From: a bacterium | GTDB lineage: Bacteria > Myxococcota_A > Bradymonadia > UBA7976 > UBA1532 | Reading direction: 5' to 3' | NCBI GenBank assembly: GCA_030424955.1 | Contig: JAUHVS010000001.1 | Coordinates: 1-44,461, forward strand | Length of the DNA: 44,461 nucleotides | In this document: in pieces, positions 38,509 through 44,461 of the stretch | How the letters are laid out: each line of letters begins with the position of its first letter | Numbering within the stretch: position 1 is the stretch's first letter | Translations under genes and position numbers: made by a program | Notes under the pieces: model-generated | Database searches by the model: none | Told to the model about the DNA's origin: nothing | Seen by the model: only the letters and a program-made list of their open reading frames with translations

Positions 38509-41427
38509 GTGATTTGTCCCCTCTGTCAGGCAGAGATCGACGACGCCGCCAAGACTTGTGGGTATGACGGCGGGCCCCTCAAAGGGTCTGCCGGCTTCTG
38601 CCCCTTCTTCGGCACCCGGCTCGTCGCCGGCGATGGTGAGATCAGCTTCATCGGCCAGACCCTCGTCGACCGATACCGCATCGACGAGAAGCTCGGTCAA
38701 GGCGCTGTCGGCGTTGTGTACCGCGCCACCGATGCGGAGGGCGGCCGCACCGTGGCCGTCAAGATCCTCAACCCGGCCTTCTCGCCCGGCATGGACGAGA
38801 CCACCCGCGCCTTCGCGGACGTGGACCGGGCGACCGCCATCGGCAGCCCTCACCTCGTCCCCACCCTCGGGGTGGGCGCGCACCAAGACCGCAGCGCGTT
38901 CTTCGTAGAGCCCCTGCTCGGCGATGGCAGCCTGGCGCAGCGGCTGGCCGACCACGGCCCGATGGCGCCCGCGCTGGTCGTCCAGGTCGCGCTGGAGGTG
39001 CTCGCCGCGCTCGATGGCCTGCACGGCGCGGGGCTGACGCACCTGGCGCTCAAGCCCAGCAACCTGTTCTTGATCCGCGATCCCCTGGGGATGGAGCGCG
39101 CCGTGCTCGGCGGCGTGGGCATGCACCACCTGTATCGCCTCGACCAGGCGCCCGTGAAGGCGAGCGGCGAGTGCCTCGCCCGCCCGGAGTACCTGGCCCC
39201 GGAGATCGCGTCGGGCAAGCCCCTCGACGCCCGTACCGACCTGTATTTGTTCGGCATTCTCATGTACGAGATGCTGACGGGCCGCCCGCCGTTCAGTGGC
39301 GGCAACTTCAAGACCGTCGCCCGGCGGCACACCCTCGAGAAGCCGGTCAGCCCGCAGCTTGTGCGCGCTGAGGCCCGCATGGGCGACGCCCTGTCGTCGG
39401 CCGTCATGCGGTGCCTGGAGAAGAAGCCTGAGAAGCGCTGGCCGGACGCCAAGGCGTTGATGACCGCCTTGCAGGCGCTGGCCAAGGCCGGCTTCGCCAC
39501 CTCCCGCGGCCTCAAGACGACGACCATGACCCCGGGCCCCGCGGCCCCGGTCAGCGACGAGCCCGAGCAGGCCGTCGCCGACAAGGCTGCCGCCGACAAG
39601 GCTGCCGCCGACAAGGCCGCCGCCGACAAGGCCGCCGCCGACAAGGCTGCCGCCGACAAGGCCGCCGCCGACAAGGCCGCCGCCGACAAGGCCGCCGCCG
39701 ACAAGGCTGCCGCCGACAAGGCCGCTGCGGAGAGCGACTCGCCCGAAGGCGCGGATCAGGCCGACGCCGGCAGCCGCCGGGGCAACAAGCGCGGCAAGCG
39801 CCGCGGGAACACCAAGAAGAGCCGCTCCACGGGCGCCAACAAGACCACCAGCGGCGCAGCCGCCGAGGCGGCCCCCCTGGGTGAGCCGGCGGGCACCTTG
39901 CCCGGCGTGCGTGCGCCCGCACCAAAGGCGGGGCCCACGCCGAAGCCCCACGCGACGGACAGCGGCGCGAAGGCCGACGTGGCCCGCGCCACGGCCGCTG
40001 CCGCCGCCGCGAAGGCGCCCCCGAGCAAGCGTTCCGGCGCCGTCGACATGGCCCCCTCGGCTGAAGAGGGTCACTTCGCGGAAGACCACGACTGGTTCGT
40101 CGATACGGCCGACCAGCTGCAGGATCACCACGCCAAGCTGTCGGTGTACCAGCTGCAGGAAGAGCCTGAGCGCAGCCTGTTCCCGATCATCGTCGGCGTC
40201 GTGGCCCTGCTGGTGGGCGCCATCGTCTTGTACTTCGTGCTCTCGGGGGGCGAGTCCCCCAGCCCGCTGGCGCCGGACGCGGGCGCGATGGCGGCCGTGT
40301 CAAACGCCCGCCAGCCCGACGCCCGTCCGCCGACGGCGGCCGCGCCGCCACCGGTCGACGCCGCCGCCCCTGCGGCGGCTGAGGACGCAGGGGCGACCGT
40401 GGACGCCGCCCCCGATGCTGCTGCGGGCGCCGATGCGGCCCGCCCCGGGGCCGCCCTCGAGGCCCGGCTTGAGGCCGCCCTCGCCGCCCGGCGGTGGCAA
40501 GGATCGCCCGACGCCTTCGTCGAGACCTTCGAGGCGCTGCGCGCGGCCGAGCCCCGAAACGCAGCGGCTGAGTCCGCCGCCATCAAGGCGGTGGCGGCCC
40601 TCACCGAGGAGAGCGAGCGACACCTGGCCGCCGGCGCCTTCGAGCCGGCTCGGGCGTCGCTGCGGCTCGCGAAGCGCCTCGCCCCCAAGAACCGGGTGTT
40701 GGACGGGGCGCTCAGCGCCGTGGACGCGGCCGAGGCGAAGGTCGCGACCGACGCGAAGGCTGCCGCCGCTGCCGACGCCAAGGCCGCTGCCGACGCCAAG
40801 GCCGCTGCCGACGCCAAGGCCGCCGCTGACGCCAAGGCCGCTGCTGACGCCAAGGCCGCCGCTGACGCCAAGGCGGCTCAGGCGCGGCTGAAGGCGGCCG
40901 CCGAGGCAAAGGCCCGGGCCAAGGCCACGGCCGATGCCTCCGCCCGCGCCAAGGCTGAGGCAGCCGCTCGGGCCAAGGCGGACGCTGCCGCACGCGCGAA
41001 GGCTGAGGCGGCCAAGGCCGCCGCCGCGAAGGCCAAGAACGCCTCGGCCGCCAACGAGCGCAAGGCCCAGATTCGCGCCGGGCTGAAGCAGGCCGATGCC
41101 GATCTGAAGGCCGCCGACCTGAAGGCCGCCGAGCGTGGCTACCGCGCCGTCTTGAAGCTCGACGGCCGGAGCGCCGCCGCCTACGCCGGGCTCGGCGAGG
41201 TGGCGTTCCAGCAGCAGCAGTTCGATCAGGCTGTGCAGCACCACACCCGCAGCACCCGCCTGTCGCCGAGCAACGCGAGCTACCAGGTCAGCTTGGGCAT
41301 GGCGTACTTCCGCTTGCAGAAGTACGCCGACGCCAAGACCCACTGGGAGCGCGCCCTTCAGCTGCGGCCCGGCGACGCGAAGGCGACGAAGTACCTGGCC
41401 CTGGTCAAGAAGAAGCTGGGCGGCTGA
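38509..41427 (+). CDS. Membrane-spanning Ser/Thr-kinase-like protein. Order: Cys ribbon, kinase domain lacking the HRD and DFG aspartates, (ADKAA)10, basic patch, TM helix, Ala/Lys/Asp/Glu-rich stalk, C-terminal TPR
   Basis: The start is uncertain. I chose GTG 38509 (GGAGA 11 nt upstream), just before CPLCQAEIDDAAKTC; the open frame extends back to GTG 38302. Kinase-like motifs: GQGAVGVVY, VAVKIL, GLTHLALKPSNLFL, LGGVGM, PEYLAPE and DLYLFGILMYEMLTGRPPF. TM helix: LFPIIVGVVALLVGAIVLYFVL. TPR-like end: AAYAGLGEVAF...ASYQVSLGMAYF.... Confidence 0.75.
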   Translation: MICPLCQAEIDDAAKTCGYDGGPLKGSAGFCPFFGTRLVAGDGEISFIGQTLVDRYRIDEKLGQGAVGVVYRATDAEGGRTVAVKILNPAFSPGMDETTRAFADVDRATAIGSPHLVPTLGVGAHQDRSAFFVEPLLGDGSLAQRLADHGPMAPALVVQVALEVLAALDGLHGAGLTHLALKPSNLFLIRDPLGMERAVLGGVGMHHLYRLDQAPVKASGECLARPEYLAPEIASGKPLDARTDLYLFGILMYEMLTGRPPFSGGNFKTVARRHTLEKPVSPQLVRAEARMGDALSSAVMRCLEKKPEKRWPDAKALMTALQALAKAGFATSRGLKTTTMTPGPAAPVSDEPEQAVADKAAADKAAADKAAADKAAADKAAADKAAADKAAADKAAADKAAADKAAAESDSPEGADQADAGSRRGNKRGKRRGNTKKSRSTGANKTTSGAAAEAAPLGEPAGTLPGVRAPAPKAGPTPKPHATDSGAKADVARATAAAAAAKAPPSKRSGAVDMAPSAEEGHFAEDHDWFVDTADQLQDHHAKLSVYQLQEEPERSLFPIIVGVVALLVGAIVLYFVLSGGESPSPLAPDAGAMAAVSNARQPDARPPTAAAPPPVDAAAPAAAEDAGATVDAAPDAAAGADAARPGAALEARLEAALAARRWQGSPDAFVETFEALRAAEPRNAAAESAAIKAVAALTEESERHLAAGAFEPARASLRLAKRLAPKNRVLDGALSAVDAAEAKVATDAKAAAAADAKAAADAKAAADAKAAADAKAAADAKAAADAKAAQARLKAAAEAKARAKATADASARAKAEAAARAKADAAARAKAEAAKAAAAKAKNASAANERKAQIRAGLKQADADLKAADLKAAERGYRAVLKLDGRSAAAYAGLGEVAFQQQQFDQAVQHHTRSTRLSPSNASYQVSLGMAYFRLQKYADAKTHWERALQLRPGDAKATKYLALVKKKLGG
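39577..39726 (+). repeat. Ten perfect-length 15-nt tandem units encoding (ADKAA)10
   Basis: The unit gccgacaaggcYgcc occurs ten times head-to-tail. Copies differ only at a synonymous C/T position, except that the last unit ends gct. Confidence 0.95.
40750..40881 (+). repeat. 18-nt tandem units encoding (DAKAAA) about 7 times
   Basis: The unit gacgccaaggccgcYgcY occurs six times from 40774, preceded by a 24-nt variant at 40750. It is followed by related AKAEAAARAKADAAARAKAEAA sequence. Confidence 0.9.
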
Positions 41428-41430
41428 CGG

Positions 41431-41515
41431 CCCCCGCCAGGCCGCACCCCGGCCAGGCCACGATCCCGGCCGGGCCTTGATCCCAGCCGGGCTTCAATCC
41501 CGACCGACCGGCCCG
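41431..41515. repeat. Five degenerate 17-nt tandem units directly after the kinase-like gene's stop
   Basis: The units start at 41431, 41448, 41465, 41482 and 41499 (cccggccaggccacgat / cccggccgggccttgat / cccagccgggcttcaat ...). Each contains a short CCGG-centred palindrome. Confidence 0.6.
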
Positions 41516-41683
41516 CTCCCCCCGTACTTTTCCGCTCCAGCGCGTCCAGGCCCGCAGCGCTACGCTTTGTGAGGCGCCCCTCAGCGCTGTTTTCAAAGCA
41601 GTTTTTCCCATATACACCAAAGCCGATTGTTTTAATGTGGTTAAGTCGGGAGACTGGGCGGGATTTTCCTGAGGCGAGCGCCC

Positions 41684-43345
41684 ATGTACCGCTACACCCC
41701 GACCGATCAGCGAGTCGTCGACGAGCGGGTCGAGCAGTTCCGCGACCAGGTCCGCCGGCGTCTGTCCGGTGAGCTGAGCGAGGACGAGTTTCGCCCCCTC
41801 CGCCTGATGAACGGCCTCTACCTGCAGCGCCACGCCTACATGCTGCGCGTGGCCATCCCCTACGGCCTCATGTCGAGCGACCAGCTCCGCCGCCTGGCGC
41901 ACATCGCGCGGACGTACGACAAGGGCTACGGGCACTTCACCACCCGACAGAACATCCAGTACAACTGGCCTGAGCTGGAGGCCGTGCCCGAGATCCTCAG
42001 CGATCTGGCTGAGGTCGAGATGCACGCCATCCAGACCAGCGGCAACTGCATCCGCAACATCACCTGCGATCACCTGGCTGGGGTCGCCGACGACGAGGTG
42101 GTGGATCCGCGCCCGTACTGCGAGCTGATGCGGCAGTGGAGCACCTTCCACCCCGAGTTCAGCTACCTGCCGCGCAAGTTCAAGCTGGCCTTCACGGGGG
42201 CCAGCACCGATCGCGCCGCCATCCGCTTCCACGACATCGGGCTACAGGCGGTGCTCAATGATGCGGGCGAGGTGGGCTTCAAGGTGTTCGTCGGCGGCGG
42301 GCTCGGCCGCACCCCCGTGATCGCCGAGGTGCTCCGCGACTTCGTGCCGGCCGAGGATCTGCTCGGCTACACGGAGTCGATCCTGCGGGTCTACAACCTC
42401 GAGGGCGACCGCGAGAACAAGTACAAGGCGCGCATCAAGATCCTGGTGCGGCGCCTGGGCATCGAGGCGTTCGCCGAGAAGGTCGAGGCAGACTTCGCGG
42501 CGACCTACGGCGATCACCTTCGCCTGACGCCCGAGCGTATCGACGAGATGGCCGCCTTCTTCCGCCCCCGGCCCCTCGCAGCGGTCGATCCTGCGGCCGA
42601 GGCGGCGCTGGCACAGGCCACCGCGGCGTCTCCCGCCTTCGCGCACTGGCGCCGACAGAACACGGTGAGCCACAAGTACGCGGGCTACCACGGGGTGATC
42701 ATCTCGCTGAAGGCGCCGGGCATCGCCCCGGGCGACATCACGGCCGCGCAGATGGACGGCGTCGCCGCCCTCGCGGACGAGGTGTCCGGGGCCGAGATCC
42801 GCGCCCTGCACTCGCAGAACCTGCTGCTGGCCGACGTGCCCAGCGACCGGCTCTTTGAGACCTGGGAGGTGCTGCGCACGCTGCGGCTCGCGACCGCCAA
42901 CGTAGGCACGCTCACCGACGCCATCTGCTGCCCCGGCCTGGACTTCTGCTCCCTGGCGAACGCCACGTCCATCCCGCTCGTGCACGAGCTGAACGAGCGG
43001 TTCAACGACCTGGACCGCCTGTACGCGCTGGGCCACGTGACCCTCAAGATCAGCGGCTGCATCAACGCGTGCGGCCACCACCACGTGGGCCACATCGGCA
43101 TCTTGGGCATCGATCGGCGCGGTGAGGAGTACTACCAGATCATGCTGGGCGGCTCGGAGTCCGATGACGCGGCGCTCGGGGAGTTCATCGGCCGAGCGTT
43201 CCCGCGCGCGGACATCGTGCCGGCCATCGAGCGGCTGCTGACGGTCTACGTCAAGGTGCGCACCAGCCCCGAAGAGCGCTTCATCGACACCTACCGGCGC
43301 GTGGGCGTGGCGCCCTTCAAGGAGGGGACGTATGTCGACGGCTGA
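41684..43345 (+). CDS. cysI: Nitrite/sulfite reductase family protein (assimilatory sulfite reductase hemoprotein-like, siroheme/4Fe-4S)
   Basis: MYRYTPTDQRVVDERVEQFRDQVRRRLSGELSEDEFRPLRLMNGLYLQRHAYMLRVAIPYG.... Cluster-binding Cys motifs: CPGLDFC (C-x5-C) and SGCINACG (C-x3-C). Confidence 0.85.
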   Translation: MYRYTPTDQRVVDERVEQFRDQVRRRLSGELSEDEFRPLRLMNGLYLQRHAYMLRVAIPYGLMSSDQLRRLAHIARTYDKGYGHFTTRQNIQYNWPELEAVPEILSDLAEVEMHAIQTSGNCIRNITCDHLAGVADDEVVDPRPYCELMRQWSTFHPEFSYLPRKFKLAFTGASTDRAAIRFHDIGLQAVLNDAGEVGFKVFVGGGLGRTPVIAEVLRDFVPAEDLLGYTESILRVYNLEGDRENKYKARIKILVRRLGIEAFAEKVEADFAATYGDHLRLTPERIDEMAAFFRPRPLAAVDPAAEAALAQATAASPAFAHWRRQNTVSHKYAGYHGVIISLKAPGIAPGDITAAQMDGVAALADEVSGAEIRALHSQNLLLADVPSDRLFETWEVLRTLRLATANVGTLTDAICCPGLDFCSLANATSIPLVHELNERFNDLDRLYALGHVTLKISGCINACGHHHVGHIGILGIDRRGEEYYQIMLGGSESDDAALGEFIGRAFPRADIVPAIERLLTVYVKVRTSPEERFIDTYRRVGVAPFKEGTYVDG

Positions 43346-43826
43346 CGCCGCACAGGCCCGCCTGATCATCGTCGATCGGCAGATCGTGGCCGATCCCTGG
43401 CAGACCCTCCCCGATGACGCGCCGGCCCCGGACAGCGGCGACATCATCGTCAGCTGGGACCGCTGGCTGGCCGATGCGGCCACGCTGAGGGCCCGGTCGG
43501 GCCGCGTGGGCGCGTGCTGTCCCAGCACCGTGAACCCGGCGCTCAGCGACGCGCTGGCCGGCCTGAGCCTCATCGCCCTGTCGTTCCCGAAGTTCGCGGA
43601 CGGCCGCCCCTACACCTACGCCCGCCTGCTGCGCCAGCAGCGGGGCTTCACAGGGGAGCTGCGGGCCACCGGCGAGGTGCTCCGCGACCAGCTGCTCTAC
43701 CTGTGGCGCTGTGGGTTCAACGCCTTTGAGCTGTCGCCCGGTCGGGACCTCACCGACGCCCTGAAGGCGTTTGACGAGTTCACCGTGGACTATCAGCCCG
43801 GGACGCCTGCCCGCGCCGGGCGCTGA
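43332..43826 (+). CDS. DUF934-family protein (usual partner of this type of sulfite reductase)
   Basis: Its start overlaps the cysI end by 14 nt. Motifs: FPKFADGRPYTYARLLR and GELRATGEVLRDQLLYLWRCGFNAFE. Confidence 0.8.
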   Translation: MSTADAAQARLIIVDRQIVADPWQTLPDDAPAPDSGDIIVSWDRWLADAATLRARSGRVGACCPSTVNPALSDALAGLSLIALSFPKFADGRPYTYARLLRQQRGFTGELRATGEVLRDQLLYLWRCGFNAFELSPGRDLTDALKAFDEFTVDYQPGTPARAGR

Positions 43827-44113
43827 CGGGGGCGGCGGCGCGGCCGCCAGGCAGGCGGCGTCGACTCGCCGCACCCGTTGTCTACGACCCCATCACAGTC
43901 ATCGTCGACGCCGTTGCACTGCTCGGGCGCCCCTGCCGGCGCGCAGGCAGCCTCGGCGACGGTCACGCAGATGCGCCGGCCGTAGGCGCAGGCCCCGGGC
44001 AGCCCCGTCAGGCACGGCGCCCCGAGCACCTCCCCGCCGCAGCGCGGCGCCGCCCACACGGGCGACGCCCAGCCCAACCCAATGACACAGCCAATCCCCA
44101 GCAATCGCAGCAT
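43793..44113 (-). CDS. Small secreted Cys-rich protein with one CNGxDDDCDG-type motif (106 aa)
   Basis: ATG 44113 gives MLRLLGIGCVIGLGWASPVWAAP (signal peptide). The mature part has 9 Cys, including EQCNGVDDDCDGVVDNGC. GC3 is high. Its 3' end overlaps the convergent DUF934 gene by 34 nt. Confidence 0.55.
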   Translation of the reverse strand: MLRLLGIGCVIGLGWASPVWAAPRCGGEVLGAPCLTGLPGACAYGRRICVTVAEAACAPAGAPEQCNGVDDDCDGVVDNGCGESTPPAWRPRRRPRQRPARAGVPG

Positions 44114-44390
44114 GCGGTCCCCCCGGTCGCGCCCCGATTGAAACGCAGTCGGGGGAGGATGCCAACGCCGAAATCAACCAACGGAGGTATTAGAGGCCGT
44201 GCGCGTAGAAAATTGAAGCAAAGGTGCGCTGGCAAGCCCGTGAGGTCCAGGCGGGCGCCCTTCGGGCCCCGCCCGTTCGGCCCGGCGGTGGCGTGCCCGC
44301 GCCGCGGCACGACCGGCCCGCGAAGGGCGCATGGGATCACGGGCCCCGCCCTCAGGGCGAGGCACGATGCTGGCGTGGTCGGTGCAGTGT

Positions 44391-44432
44391 CTGCGTGCGA
44401 GGGGCTGCGTGCGAGGGGGTGCGTGCGAGGGG
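44391..44432. repeat. Three tandem 14-nt units (STGCGTGCGAGGGG) near the right edge
   Basis: The units are ctgcgtgcgagggg / ctgcgtgcgagggg / gtgcgtgcgagggg, followed by a decayed fourth copy gtgcgcaggtgg. Confidence 0.8.
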
Positions 44433-44461
44433 GTGCGCAGGTGGCTGTCACCGAGCGCGTG

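Noticed and set aside
39577-40881. The tandem repeats considered as a possible CRISPR array
   Set aside because: The units are 15 and 18 nt, directly abutting with no spacers. They are in frame inside a coding region, and no cas genes are present.

Overview
Very GC-rich (about 70% by eye) bacterial chromosomal segment. Its gene content looks Myxococcota-like (inference): giant repeat-rich secreted proteins, several Ser/Thr-kinase-like genes and Cys-bracketed DxDxDG motifs. Nearly everything from 1 to 36.7 kb is on the minus strand. From left to right the window holds: (1) two tandem paralogous giant secreted multi-PKD proteins (<1..2301 and 2661..10826); (2) an alkyltransferase-like (PWHRV) protein; (3) an orphan TAXI-type solute-binding protein; (4) a 1,991-aa ultra-acidic modular lipoprotein; (5) a heme/siroheme operon (sirC-hemX-hemA-hemC-cobA/hemD) in which hemX carries an apparent 1-nt frameshift; (6) trxA; (7) the cell-shape cluster mreBCD-mrdA-rodA; (8) ppiD. 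The most unusual part follows: two divergent operons (32.2-36.7 kb minus strand, 36.9-41.4 kb plus strand). Together they encode two Cys-ribbon pseudokinases, a PP2C phosphatase, a MIDAS-less vWA-like protein, an FN3 lipoprotein, a wHTH-like protein and a MerR-TPR protein. The window ends with a cysI-like sulfite reductase, a DUF934 gene and a small Cys-rich secreted protein. I recognised no rRNA, tRNA, CRISPR array, transposase or integrase. The very long ORFs antisense to the real genes are GC-bias artefacts. All domain calls come from reading motifs by eye; no searches were run.
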